NCBI RefSeq assembly: GCF_035594765.1
Contig: NC_085844.1
Span: 27,543,923 to 27,607,922 of the forward strand
Length of the DNA stretch: 64,000 nt
DNA from: Anolis carolinensis
Lineage: Eukaryota
Direction of reading: 5' to 3'
Shown piece by piece: positions 12,701 to 25,231 of this stretch; position 1 is the first letter of the stretch; the number at the start of each line of letters is the position of its first letter. Under the pieces are notes generated by a model, which was not told the origin of the DNA, made no database searches, and saw only the letters and a program-made list of their open reading frames with translations. The position numbers were made by a program, and so were the translations under genes.

Positions 12701-13649
12701 TCCAGTGCATCTCAGAGAGTCAATAAAAATAATTAAAAGAAAACTTAAGGCAGAAGTCCCGCGTCCATCTTGTGGATTTCTAAAATCCACTACAAACAAA
12801 CCTGTCAGGGTGCCAGAACTGACAGCTCCATGTTTGGACTTGTTTTCAGGTACCGCAATTTTTTGCCCCACTTCTTTGTCTCGGATTATGAGGCTGTCTG
12901 GAATGGACCCCAGCTGCCAAATCAGCTTCTCTTGTCTTATCTTGTTCTTATCCTTGGGTGGTAAAATGTCTTAGACTAGTGGAAAGAGATCAATTTCAGG
13001 ATGATGTTTGCTTTATCCCTGCCTCCAAACCTAACTGCTCTTGTAAATGCCAAAAGTGTGCTGCTTATTTGAGGCTCTCTGTCCCTTCACCCTGGTGTCA
13101 CCCTCTTACTGAATAAACACCAGGATCCTCCTTAATTTGGAAGCTATTAACAAGTGTTAGAAATCTCACTTCTTCTATGAAACATAACACCAGCAAGCCT
13201 GCTGGCTGCTCATTCATATGAGGTGGCATCCCATGACCTAGATTCCTCCGCTCTGATCTCTCCTTAACACACTAATTGTTCTGTTCCTCATTCACTTCCC
13301 CCTCCCCTTCGTCCCCATTGCCAAGAACGTCTGTTCAGCTATTGACTTCTGAGCAAATGCCTCCCTTGATTCTGACACTTCAATTGGTTAATCTCTTCAT
13401 CTTTTACTGTTGATTATCCCCAAATTCCCTGTTGGGCGGGCAGAAGGTTCCAAGCAAAGCCAAGTAAGTACTGGATACTTCCAGACAGAGTGTGAACCAT
13501 CAAAGCATTGCACACCTATTCCACCCATTCCCTCTTTGATAGGCTATTTTTTTCTGACAAGAATAAAAGAAGGAAATGGGTTACAAAATTTAGACAATGA
13601 CAGAATTTGGGAGACATGTTCAGGAACTTTTAGGGATAATGAAACTCGT

Positions 13650-13689
13650 GCATCTGATGAAATAGATTTATGTCTATGAAAGCTTATGC
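13650..13689 (+). ncRNA. Candidate minimal type I hammerhead ribozyme
   Basis: CTGATGA (13654-13660), stem II atagat/gtctat, GAAA (13678-13681), palindromic AAGCTT, short helix I gca/tgc. Confidence 0.5.
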
Positions 13690-13712
13690 TACCAACTTCT
13701 TTCTCTGTCATA

Positions 13713-13932
13713 ATATACCTACACTGTAGAATTAATGCAATTTGGCACCACTTTAACTGCCATGGCTCAAAGCTATGGAATCATAGAAGTTATAGTTTGG
13801 TGATTCAATAGCACTCTTTGGCAGAGAAGGCTAATGGCCTTGTAAAATTACAACTCCCAGCATTCTACAACATTGAGCCACGGCAGTGAAAATGGTGTCA
13901 AAATGCATTGATTCAATGCCGTCGACTCACCC
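13713..13932. mobile_element. Harbinger-like palindromic MITE
   Basis: Same IR family as 4391-4612. Confidence 0.75.
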
Positions 13933-14121
13933 TTAGCCTCAAAGGTGCTACAGAAACTCTCTGCATCCTGACTTAGACTAATATGACTATGCGCCTTATC
14001 ACTCTGGACAATTATAGTGTTATGATTCCACTTTAACTGCATCTTGTGGAATGCTGGGCCTTGAGATTTGACTGAGTTCTCTGGCTGAAAAGTCTAAAGA
14101 CCCCTCCCTAAATTGCAAATA

Positions 14122-14442
14122 CAATAGAGTCTCACTTATCCAGGCCTCGCTTATCCAAGCCTCTGGATTATCCAAGCCATTTTTGTAGTCAATGTTTTCA
14201 ATATATCATGATATTTTGGTGCTAAATTCGTAAATACAGTAATTATAACATAACATTACTGCGTATTGAACTACTTTTTCTGTCAAATTTGTTGTATAAC
14301 GATGTTTTGGTGCTTAATTTGTAAAATCATAACCTAATTTGATGTTCAATAGGCTTTTCCTTAATCCCTCCTTATTATCCAAGATATTCGCTTATCCAAG
14401 CTTCTGCCGGCCTGTTTAGCTTGGATAAGTGAGACTCTACTG
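14122..14442. mobile_element. Tc1/mariner-type non-autonomous element (sister of 5983-6305)
   Basis: TIRs caatagagtctcacttatcca / tggataagtgagactctactg; internal sequence closely similar to the 5983 copy; sits inside an older palindromic MITE (~13990-14512). Confidence 0.9.
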
Positions 14443-14539
14443 GACCAGAAATCCATGGGATGGAACCATGGCACCAAAACTGGAATCATAATGCTATAAT
14501 TGTGTGGTCTGGCAGATATGTGAATATCCTGTTCTGCTT

Positions 14540-15178
14540 TGGTTAGACATCACCTGGAATGTTGTGTTATGTTTTGTACATCCTGTTTAAGAAGATTTCC
14601 AAGAAACTGGACTATGTCCAGAGGAAGGCAAACAAGATAGTAAAACATTTGGCAATTAAGCCCTATGCAAAATAGTTGAAGGAGACTGGCATGTCTGTCG
14701 TGCTGGAGAGCAAATGAGTGACCAATGATTTGATAGTCATCCAAATAACGATTGTGTGGAAGGCAGACTGAGCTTGTGTTTTTCTGCTTCAGTAGATAGG
14801 ACCCAAACTAGACAAGAAAAGATATTCTGATTAAACATAAATAACAAGTTTCTAATATAAGAGCTGTTTGACAGTGGAAAATAGATGATCTTAGACTAGA
14901 AGTTAAATGACTGCCAGTCCAGGATGATTTAGCTGTAGATTCCTGCTCTAGCAGGGGGTTGGACTACATCTATACTAGCCAAACTAATGGTCCATACTAT
15001 TACTGGTCCACAAGCAGCTCCCTAGTGAATTTTCAGGGAAATAAAACAGTTGTAGCTAATGGGCACAAATATAGTACCGGTCCCTGACAAACTTGAAAGA
15101 AAATTGCTGGTTCTTCCCCATCTGATAACTTGAGATGCACTTGACTAGATTATTCTTTGTGTCTTTTTCCAACTTTGA
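14540..15178 (+). mobile_element. Old CR1 3' fragment with an internal insertion
   Basis: Degenerate ggttagacatcacctggaat...gtccagaggaaggcaaacaagat...cagggggttggacta...ttccaact. Confidence 0.65.
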
Positions 15179-15794
15179 AAAAGTTACTAGTCAGACTGCT
15201 ATATGTATGAAACAAAGAATAGTTATGATTTCATCTTGTTTTTTCAAAAAGCTTTGGGTCAGTAGTAGGGAGGATGGACACATCATTGAATGATGCATAC
15301 AGAACAGAGAGGCTGACTGATAGTACAGATGCACACATTAAATATAAATGTTGCTGTAATGCTTATAGCATTGTTTCCCAAACTAACAATAGTATGGACT
15401 TGCATGTAGTTTCAGTCATGGATGAAGTTGCAGATACCATATTTTAGCAGCCTTTGCAAAATACTGCTTCCAGTGTAAAAGATCTTCTTGGCTGAGCGTT
15501 TAGTTCTCAATACATTCGTATAACTTGTTTTATTTATTACAGAACTGAGAAAAGTTATTCTTGGTCTGCAGTTCCCAGAATCTCCCACCCAACATGGCCA
15601 TTCCGGCTAGGGAATGCTGGGAGCAATAGCCCAAAAGATAAACTTTCCCCATCTTTGATTTATATAGCTTACAATATTCACAAAAGCCCAATGTAGAAAT
15701 TTAAGGATATGGATAGCAAGAAATATTAAGCATCTACTCAATTATCCAGGTACTTCGACATGCTTGGCCTTACCATGTGCCGGCTAGGATGCGC

Positions 15795-16292
15795 GAGAGC
15801 CAATATGGCATAGTGGGGGGGGGGGGGGGTTTGTTCATGTCAGGAGTGACTTGAGAAACTGCAAGTCATTTCTGGTGTGAGAGAATTGGCCATCTGCAAA
15901 GACGTTGTCCAGGGGACACCCAGATGTTTTGATGTTTTTACCATCTTTATGGGAGGCTTCTCTCATGTCCCCGCATGGAGCTGGAGCTGATAGAGGGAGC
16001 TCATCCGAAGTCTCCCCGGGTTGGATTCGAACTGGCAACCTTCAAGTCAGCAACCCAACCTTCAAGTCAGAAGTCCTGCTGGCACAAGGGTTTAACCCAA
16101 TGCACCTCCTCAGCATAGTGGTTTGAGGGTTGGACTAAACTCTGGAGACCCAGGTTTAATTCCCCACTGAGCCATGAAAATACACTGGGTGACCTTGGGC
16201 AAGTCAGATACTCTAAGCCTCAGAAAATTCAGTGCTGGAGTCACCTTAGGGTCATTATAAATCAGAAATGACTTGAAGTCAGCAACAACAAC
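15795..16292 (+). mobile_element. tRNA/CORE-like SINE with RTE-like tail, interrupted by a younger SINE
   Basis: CORE-like ctgggtgaccttgggcaagtca...ctaagcctcag; tail gacttgaag...caacaac; other copies ~29830-30056, ~40850-41060, ~51515-51690 (-), ~61700-62080. Confidence 0.7.
15817..16112 (-). mobile_element. tRNA-derived SINE (same family as 3009-3289)
   Basis: Body closely similar to the 3009 copy; 9-bp TSD gcatagtgg (15808-15816, 16113-16121). Confidence 0.85.
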
Positions 16293-16719
16293 AGCACTCA
16301 CAACATAGCCACATTTCCTGACATTATGTAAGGCGGTATGTGCAATGGCTGCTAAACATAGCCTGGGCACAGATCCTTCCCCATTGACTGGCCATTATGA
16401 TTCTATATTGTGCTTTTCTTGCATGGAAGGGGGTTGAATTGGATGACCCGTGTGGTCTCTTCCAACTCTATGATTCTATGATTCTAAGATGGACAGATTT
16501 TCTTCTCAACCTGTTCTCTGAACCAATGCCCATTCTTCCTGCCAATCGCTGCTGAGTTGATGAAGCCAACTCACTGCAAGTGTCATCCTTGCCACTTCCC
16601 ACAAGAACGGCAACTACTCTTCTCAAAATCTTATACAGTGTCTGTCTATCCCTTCAAGTTCTCTTCATAAGTTCGCTGGTGAAAATTCTATGCTCCACCA
16701 GTTTGAAACAGCACCTCAT

Positions 16720-16900
16720 TCAGAGTCTTGTGGCACCTTAAAGGCCAACAAATTTTATTACGGAGCCAGCTCACCTCATCAAATGCATGAAGTGTTATCC
16801 TCACTTGGCAAGAGTATATACCCATGGTTTGGGAACAGAATGGAGAGGACTGTAAATAGAAAGGTTGAAGGGTACTGAAATGCAGAAAGTACAGACAGTA
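16720..16900 (-). mobile_element. Penelope-like terminal fragment
   Basis: Minus strand gcatttgatgaggtgagc...tttgttggcctttaaggtgccacaagactc resembles the 13640 element; right end approximate. Confidence 0.5.
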
Positions 16901-17549
16901 CTTTAGCAGTGGCCATTTGCAGCACAGTGGGTGGGTGGTACAGAGACATCCCTGTATTGGTGATGAGCTGATTAATGTGACAAAATGTGCTGTAAGGTAA
17001 TAAAAAGGCAAGCTCTTCTGCAAACGGAGGCACTGAATCTATACTATATGAATCCTCTTCTGACAGTTGCAGTGCACTCAATCCATGCACTGTCTTCACA
17101 TTTGAAAGAAAAAGCAAAACAGTTGGCTTATTCCACTCATTTTAAGATCTTGGGGAATTAATGGGACCTGATTGTTGCTTGACAGAGGCTGTTGTTCTTG
17201 ATTAGAAAGGACAAGTCAAGATAACTCACTAATGCTTATAGCCTCTAGACAGAACTAAAAACTAGGATGTTATGAGATCACTAGCTGCTCATCACTGGGT
17301 GACAGATACATCTTTCCTTCGCTTTTTGTTTCAGCTGCCAGAGTCTGTACCATCATAAAATCATTATAGTACAACATGAACAGGCTTCAGAATTGTAATT
17401 CCATAGTTTAGTGCAAAGGTGCCTAAGTAATGCCGCACAATAAAATCGTGAAATTATTTATTTATGGCCTTCAGACCCCAATGTTCAAATCAGAAAATGA
17501 AAAACTGAACACTAGCATAAGCTAATAAAAGGAGAAAATGTGATTAAAA

Positions 17550-18660
17550 ACATAGAAACAAAGAATCTTAGTTTTGGAAGGGAATATCTGTCCATCTAGT
17601 CCAACCCCCTGCTTTGCCAAAATGCACAACAAATGTAATGGAAAATGCCCATTCAACCAACCTCCAAAGAGGGAGAGTCTGCCCTCCACCCTCGGAGGTA
17701 ATCCATTCAACTATTGAACAGCTTTCACTATTAAAAAAAAGGTTTTTCCTCATGTTTAGGTGGAATCTCTTCTGTTGTATTTTGGATCCATTGGTTTGAG
17801 TTCCAGTACTTGGAGCAGCAGAAAATAAGCTATATTTAAAGACAGTTATCATACATTCTCTTATCTTCTCCTGGCTAAACATACTCATCTCCCTCGGTCA
17901 CTCCTCATAATGCTTAATTTCCAGAACTCTTGAACACCTTGACTATGCTTCCCTGGAAATATTCCAGCTTGTCAATACCTTCTTGAACTGTGGTGCCCAG
18001 AAGTGGACACAAAATTGCAGGTGGGATCTCACCAAAAGCAGAATACAGCGGCAATATTACTTCCATTGATCAGAGCATTATCCTCCTTTGGATGCATTTC
18101 AAAATGCATTGACTTTTTTAGCTAATGCGTCACACTGCTGACTCATGTTCACCCGTTGATCTACTAAGACCCCGACAGCCTTTTCACATGTTCTGCTTTA
18201 AAGCCAGGTGTTAAAATTATATAGTCAAGCTTTTCACTTCTCCTCTCTAGATGTAGTATCTGTTTTTCCCTGCTGTGATTATTTTTTGTTCATTTTGGCC
18301 CCATTCCCCAATTTGTCAAGGTCATTATGAATTTTGATCCTGTCGTCTGCGGCATTAGCCATCCCCTACCTCCCTTTCCAGTGTTTTCTGAAAATTTAAT
18401 AAGCGTGTCGTGTTTTCTGTTCTATCATTTCAGGCGTTTACAAATATATTAAACAACACTGGGTCCAGGACAAACCCTGAGGCATCTCACTGGTCACTTC
18501 TTCTCTCCAGGATGAACAGCAGCTATTGATGACCATTTTCTGGGTTCATTCTGTCAAACAGTTACAGATCCACCTAATGGTCCAGCCCACAGCTCACCAG
18601 CTTGCCTGCAAGACTAACCTGGGTGTCCTTACCAAAAGCCTTGTTGAAACCAGGATACTG
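17550..18660 (-). mobile_element. Old CR1 fragment (RT C-terminal half and tail)
   Basis: Minus-strand remnants FNKAF, GMPQGLS and KRFHLNMRKN; CR1-type 3' UTR. Confidence 0.8.
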
Positions 18661-19342
18661 TATATATATATTAGCACCTAAACAGTGAAGAAGTTTTATA
18701 ATCAGCATTCTCCTGCTTTTGTTGGCTGGGTTGAGGCACAGATCAAAGGCTGGCAACTTGTCCCCCCCTAGATGTAGTCAATGGTGCTGGGACATGCAGT
18801 CCAACGACATCCAAAGGTCTGCATCATGTACAGCCTTGCACAAAGACATCAATCCACCCAGAAGTAGCAAAAGACAAGAAGAGAAGCAAGAAGACTAGGT
18901 GCAAAACAGGGTGACACAGCAGGAGGTAACTTACACATCATTTTAGGAAGGTAAGATGGGAGATGACAAGAGACTATTAAAATTGTGCGTAACAACTGCG
19001 TATTACAAATGATATACATACTGATGCAAATTTAGAAACACTAACTGTAATTTACAGAGAATCTCAGAGTAAGAAATATTGACCAGATAACCAGCTTGGT
19101 CTATTCTCCAGAATAGAACTGATGAGAAACTTCAATCCCCCAACCCCATTTTCAAATTTTATTTATTTTTCTTTTTTAACTGACTGGAAATCGGCAGAGA
19201 TTGAAATGGAGGACCCTGTCAAACTGAAAGCTGTCCTCTAGCAATGCTTCCAATAGAGAAGCTTTCTCTATAAAGTGAGACATGTGACCATACAACTTTT
19301 GGCAGTTGGGTATCATATCTGACGCACCCCAGTTGCTTCCAA

Positions 19343-19582
19343 GTCCCCTGCCACACAGCTGTATAAAAGCCCCCATTATTTGCTTTGAACTGGGTTATAT
19401 GGCAGTGTGGACTCAGATAACACAGTTCAAAGCTGATACTGTGGATTATCTGCCTTCTGGGGCCCCTTCTACACAGCTGTATAAAATCCACATTGAACTG
19501 GACTCAGATAATCCTGTTCAAAGCAGATGTTGTGGATTACCATCCTTGATATCCTGGGTTATATGGCTGTGTAGAAGGGCCC
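19343..19582. mobile_element. Harbinger-like MITE with duplicated left end
   Basis: TIRs ggcccttc(t/c)acacagc / gctgtgtagaagggccc; two tandem left ends; sister copy at 20092. Confidence 0.7.
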
Positions 19583-20091
19583 TAAGGATCTAACAATTTC
19601 TAACCAGTGCCAAAAATATGCACCAACTAAGTAAGGTACAACCTAGGGCCTCTAAATATAGTTTTGAACTAAATTTAAAGTTTTGCGTAATTGATAGAAT
19701 AATACCACCTCCTCCTTTTTGTAATACTCTGCAGCCTCTTAAATGTGACACAGTTTAGGCTCTTAGGATCTAAGCATGGCTTATTGTGGTCTTAGTACCA
19801 GCAACATCCAGAAAATAACTGAATCTTACCTTTTATCTTATGCCTAGTAAAAGGTAAGTAACTTTGACAGTTCTGTATTTGTGGGACCTTCTGCAGATGT
19901 GCATTCTCGCTAACATTTCTCAGGTGAAAACCGGGATATTTGTGGACACACAACATCAAACTAAGGTCAAAATGGTAAAAATAATTATAAGGAAAAACAC
20001 ACAAGTTAGGAGAGGCTTTGCCTGAGTTTACTGGAAAGGGCAAGATTCTGCCCTCTCCCATACTCCCTCTGCTGAGTTGAGTGAAAACTAT

Positions 20092-20232
20092 GGGCCCTTC
20101 CACACAGCCATATAACCCAGAATATCAAGGCAGATAATCCACAATATCTTCTTTGAACTGGATTATTTGAGTCCACACTGTCATGTGGACTCAGATCCAT
20201 GTGGATTTTATACAGCTGTGTGGAAGGCAGCT
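20092..20232. mobile_element. Harbinger-like MITE
   Basis: gggcccttccacacagcc ... gctgtgtggaaggcagc; inverted relative to the 19343 copy. Confidence 0.7.
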
Positions 20233-20429
20233 TAATCCGCACTCTGAGTAGAGTTTACAACAACTGAAGTAAACTAAAGACAAAGGGGGAACATGGAGAA
20301 AAGAAATGTGTTGCCTACCCCATGTATTTCTACTTTGATTTATACACCAGTTCTAACTTTAATGAGTTTGTTAGTCACCCATTATACCCTAGGATGGGAC
20401 CTTCTCAAGGCTCACAGATGATTGTTAAT

Positions 20430-20625
20430 TACTTTTACTGTTTTTATACTTATGCTATTTTAACCATGGTATGTTTAATCTGTTTTTAGTTGATACTTGT
20501 ATTTTAATTGTATTTTTATGATATAAATGTGACTGATTGGGCTTGTCCCCATGTAAGCTGCTCTGAGTCCCTTCGGGGAGATGGTGGCAGCATACAAAAA
20601 TTAAGTTATTATTATATTATTATTA
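20430..20625 (+). mobile_element. L2 3' UTR/tail fragment
   Basis: ccccatgtaagctgctctgagtcccttcggggagatggtggc + (TTA)n matches the tail of the L2 ending at 47390. Confidence 0.75.
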
Positions 20626-21924
20626 AATGAACTGAAACTTTTTAAAAGAAAAAAAGGGGGTCAATAAAAGATTAATCATTTTATGCAGATCCATGACCCA
20701 CAGCTAAGAATGCAACCTGATCTTCCTCATATTGTGTCTCTGGACCAATGGTGGAAATTCTATGGGACCTCCAGCAACCTAGATTCCTAAGTCAGTATGG
20801 CCATTGAGGATTCTGGAAGTTGAAGTTCAAAAATAAAATTTCCACATTCAGATCACCACTGTCAGCACCAGCCTCCTTTTTCATTGCTGTGAGAGTTAAA
20901 AGTGCCACACATCCTGCTTTCACAGGAAATTAGAACAGTGCGTTGAGTTGCCAAGCGGCCAGAGATTTACAAGCCTGACCAGAATATTGTCCTGTTAGTT
21001 AGTTGCCAGACTGGAGGATACAATGCTAAGGGAAGAGGGACAATTCTTACTTCCTTCTTCTTTAAAACGTAAACAAGCAAAGCTCTTCCTTATTCTTGTT
21101 ACTTTCAGTACTGCTTGAGGCTAATGAGTAGCAGTGCACCATGCGAAAAAATAAGGCAGTTTTTCCAAGCAGAAATGTGGCTTAAAATGTGACATTAAAA
21201 TAAATTTATGTGATTGAGTCTCTCGGGACTGCTGAAGCTTTTTAGAGTTTACTAAAGTCATGAACTCAAGTTTCTCTCTGCAGCTGTGATTGCTTCATGG
21301 CATTAGGCAGCCAAAGCTGTGTGGAAACAGTTATTGTTCAAGGGCACAGTATCTATCTACTTTGCACATAGAAGGTCCCAAACTTGATTCCTGGGTCAGA
21401 TAGCAGATGGCATGAGAAACCTCTGCTGGTGACTGTGGAGAACTGCTCCCAGTTCGTAAAGGCAGGTTTGACATCCTTTATCAGGAAATCCCAAATACTC
21501 CAAAATCATGCACATGCTTGGCTGAGAAAACAACACCTTTACTTTCTGATGGTCCAGAATACACAAAGTTTATTTACAATAGTGTATAAAACTGTCTTCA
21601 GAGTATGTGTACAGAGTATATGAAACACCACTGAATTTCATGTTTAGACTTGGGTCTTATTTCCAAGATACCTCACAAGGTACGTTTATGCAAATAGAGG
21701 TATTTCAAAATGTGAAAAAAAATCCCAAATTCTTCTGGCCCTAAGCATTTCAGTTAAGGATACTCAACTTGTGCAGGAGTGGATGGGACATTGTTATGCA
21801 CTGCCTTTTTAAGAGGGAAAGGCAGAATGTTGATGCATCATCAAACTACAACTCCCATGATTCCATAGCACTAAGCCATGGCAGATAAAATGATGTCAAA
21901 TGACATTCATTCTACAGTGTAGAT

Positions 21925-22058
21925 CAGGCATGGGCAAACTTCAGCCCTCCAGATGTTTCAGACTTCAACTCCCACAATTCCTAACAACCGGTAGGCATTT
22001 AGGAATTGTGGGCGTTAAAGTCCAAAACACCTGGAGGGCCGATGTTTGCCCATGCCTG
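21925..22058. mobile_element. hAT MITE inserted in the TIR of a Harbinger-like MITE
   Basis: TIR caggcatgggcaaac; perfect 8-bp TSD gtgtagat (21917-21924, 22059-22066). Confidence 0.92.
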
Positions 22059-22399
22059 GTGTAGATGCACCCCAAGTTCCCAAAGAGATAGTCCAAATTG
22101 AAACCAAAAGTCTGCCTAAAAGGGAGGTCATTCTTCATCCAAGTGGTCTCATCAAGGTAAGTTTGTGTATAAGAGGTGCATTTGTCAATGTGATGATTCA
22201 CAGATGTTCATATTATTTCTATAAAGTATTGTGCATAAGCTGTGCAGCATTTAAAAATGTTACTTTTTATTTTTACTAAAGCTTCTAAAAATTCCCCAAA
22301 ATCCAGAGATTCAGATTGTGCTGAAAGTTTTTTTTATGGAGGAAGGCAGTAGAGAGCTGTAAGTATCTTTATGAATCTCATAAGAACCGTTCAGCTGAG

Positions 22400-24370
22400 C
22401 TGTTTCGAGTGATTAGAGGGCAATTACAAACTGGTTCTCAAGGAGAAATTTAGGATAAAGTCGCTCAGATCCATTCCGACATGGATGCTGTTATTTATAC
22501 AGTTCCAATGAATGTAACTTTGGCCCAGCTTGTCCAGTGTTGATGGATACATTTCAGTTTGTGCAGCCTGACGATGTGGGCAGGATCCTTGGAGAGGCGA
22601 GGGCTACCACATGTATTCTGGATCCTTGCCCTTCTGGCTGATCAAACAGGCCAGAGGGAGGATGGCAGAGTGGGTGAAGGTGGTAGTCAAAGTTCCAACT
22701 TGCCTAAAGGAGGCAGTTGTAAGACCTATACTAAAAAAGCCATTCCTGAACCCCTCTATAATGAATAATTATCAGCCAGTGTCCAACCTCCCCTTTCTGA
22801 GTAAGATCTTGGAGTGTGTGGTGACCTCCCAACTCCAGGGATTTCTGGATGATACAGATTATCTAGATCCATTTCAATCTGGTTTCAGGCCTGGCTGTGG
22901 AACAGAGACAGCTTTGGTCCCTGTGATGGCTGCCCTACGAAGAAAGCTAGACAGGTGATGTGTGTCCCTGTTGATTCTCCCAAATGTCTCAGCAGTGTTC
23001 AATATCATTGACCATGGTCTCTTTCTGGGTCATCTCACCCAGAAAGATACCATGTTTACTATGTTTACAGTGGCTCCAGTCCTTCCTGGAGGACTGTACC
23101 CAAAAGGTGGTGGACTCCTATTCAAACCCCTGACCATTGATCTGTTGGGTTCCTCAGGGTTCTATTTTGTCCCCCATGTTGTTTAACATATACATGAAAC
23201 CGCTGGGAGAGGTCATCTGGAGTATTGGAGTTCAGTTCCACCTAAATGCAGATGACACCCAACTCTACTACTCCTTTCCATCTAAAGCCAAGGAAGCTGT
23301 CCTGACCCTAAACCAGTGCCTGTCATCAGTAATGGACTGGATGAGGGCAAACAAATTGAAACTTAGTCCAGACAACACAGGGGTGCTCCTGGTCAGTCGG
23401 AAGGCTGCATTTCTGGCAGCTATTCTAGCTGACCCATGTCTCTGCTGTGTTTCCTTTCGCCTTTCCTGAAATGTGGGTACTTGCAAAATCTCCTCCTCAG
23501 ATTCCAACTGCTCCTCTGACTCCTGAACACTTTACTGCTCTCCTTCCTCTTCTGAAGAAGAGCAATCCCTAACAGGGAGCAGGGATCCAGCCTGTGCTTG
23601 ATGGAGTTACACTTCCCATGAAGACAGTTTTGGGGTCCTCCTGGACTTGGCACTGAATTTGGAGGCCCAAGTGTCAGCGGTGGCTGGGAGGATCTTTGCA
23701 CAATTCAAATTTATGCATCAACTGTGCCCATTCCTTGGGAAGCCAGATTTGGCCACAATGGCACATGCCTTAGTTCCACTCTGGATTACTGTAATGTGCT
23801 CCAGGTGGGGCTGCCTCTGAAGAATGCTTGGAAACTTCAGCTGGTCCAAAGAGCTACAGCCAGGCTGGAGCTGGCTATAGGGAGCTAACAAACCCGCCTG
23901 TTGCAGCAGTTCCACTGGCTCTCAGTCTATTTCTGGGCAGAATTCAAAGTGCTGGTTATGACCTTTAAAGCCCTAAGGCCTAGACAGTTCAGGTCCAGGC
24001 TATTTGGCTGACCGCATCCCCTTGTACAAACCTGCCTGGGCCCAGAGATCTTCAGGAGAGGCCTCTCTCTGGGTCCCACCTCCATCTCAAGCTCAATTTG
24101 TGGGAATGAGAGAGCAAGCCTTCCTTGACTTCTATGACTCTGGAACTCCCTGCCCAAGGAAGCCAGAACGGCTCCCTCCCTGCTGTCTATCTGGCAGCAG
24201 GCTAAAACCTTTATATTCAGGCAGGCTTTCAAAGAAGAAGGTTTTTACGAGCAAGTCAGAGGGTGCTGTGGTTTTATATGCTTTTATGGTTTAAATCTGA
24301 ATTGTTTTTAATATTAATTAGGTTTAACGCTGTTTAAAAATTTGTATATTTGTATATTTTAAGTTACCAG
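22400..24370 (+). pseudogene. Degenerate L2 LINE ORF2 (RT domain to 3' UTR)
   Basis: Frameshifted pieces NNYQPVSNLPFLSKILE, QSGFRPG, VPQGSILSPMLFNIYMKPL and NADD, colinear with the 44055 ORF2. Confidence 0.9.
23404..23574 (-). mobile_element. Truncated LTR 5' (U3) fragment inserted in the L2 relic, carrying the LTR ORF
   Basis: Interrupts L2 colinearity; minus strand begins TGTTAGG; frame +2 reads VRDCSSSEEEGEQ*SVQESEEQLESEEEILQVPTFQERRKETQQRHGSARIAARN. Confidence 0.6.
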
Positions 24371-24489
24371 TTTTTATTATCCTGCCTATCATCAAACATG
24401 TTTTAGTTAAAAAGAGGAAAGCACCTAACACTCTTATCAAGCTTTCAAAAAATGCTTAAAACCTAATTAAGCTGCAATTGTGTGTGCAT

Positions 24490-24992
24490 ATACTGTATGT
24501 CTTCAGTTTGCTTGGCGACTTATTCGTAGTAGTGGTAGTAGTAGTATTAACAATGGTAGTATTTATATCCCGCTTCTTATCTCACAAAGGAAACTGGAAC
24601 TGGCTAGCACTAAAACCCATACAATATGTAAATTAAAACACAAAGCATACAAACATTAAAATGGAATTAAACCCACAACTTATTAAAATACATAGTTTAA
24701 ACCATTTAAAATGTGTTAAACTACATAAAACTCAGTATTCACTGGCTTGATCTTAAACACATTTTTTTAAGCCTGTCTAAAAAGAAAGATAACCTTATGG
24801 TGATCCCATGAAATTTCCTAGGGTTTTTTAAGGCAAGAAATATTGAGAGATGGTTTTGCCAGTTCCTTCCTCTGAAAAATGGCCTACAGCTCTGATATTC
24901 ATTGGCGGTCACTCATCCAAATAATAACCAGGGCTGACCCTATTAAACTTTCAAGATCAGATGGTATCTGGTGCCTTTAGGGTAATTAGGCC
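24490..24992 (-). mobile_element. 5S rRNA-derived SINE split by an L2-type tail insertion (~24525-24793)
   Basis: Minus strand ctaaaggcaccagat...tctgatcttg...agggtcagccctggtta...ggatgagtgaccgcc matches 5S rRNA 5' two-thirds; ttat repeated at both junctions. Confidence 0.75.
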
Positions 24993-25231
24993 AATCTGGA
25001 ACTGCATAAGAATTATTTTTAGTCTTGGTTTTGGAGTTTGCAGAGACACTGAAACAGGGATGGGAATCATACAGCTCAATGGGTATCAAAAGCTACAAAT
25101 GGACACACAACTGTTGCTTTAAAATGCCTTGATCAACTGCCAGTGTGTGCATAGGAAGGAGATACTATTGTCTCTTCCATCTAAGGCAGCAAAACATCTT
25201 GGACCAGTCCTGCTCTGAAAAGGTAATATAA

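Larger units (their letters stand above)
13640..13965 (+). mobile_element. Penelope-like element terminal fragment, split by a MITE
   Basis: ctgatgaa...gaaagcttatgc and ttagcctcaaaggtgctaca motifs, as recalled for reptile Penelope ends; related minus-strand remnants near 16720 and 41200. Confidence 0.6.
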
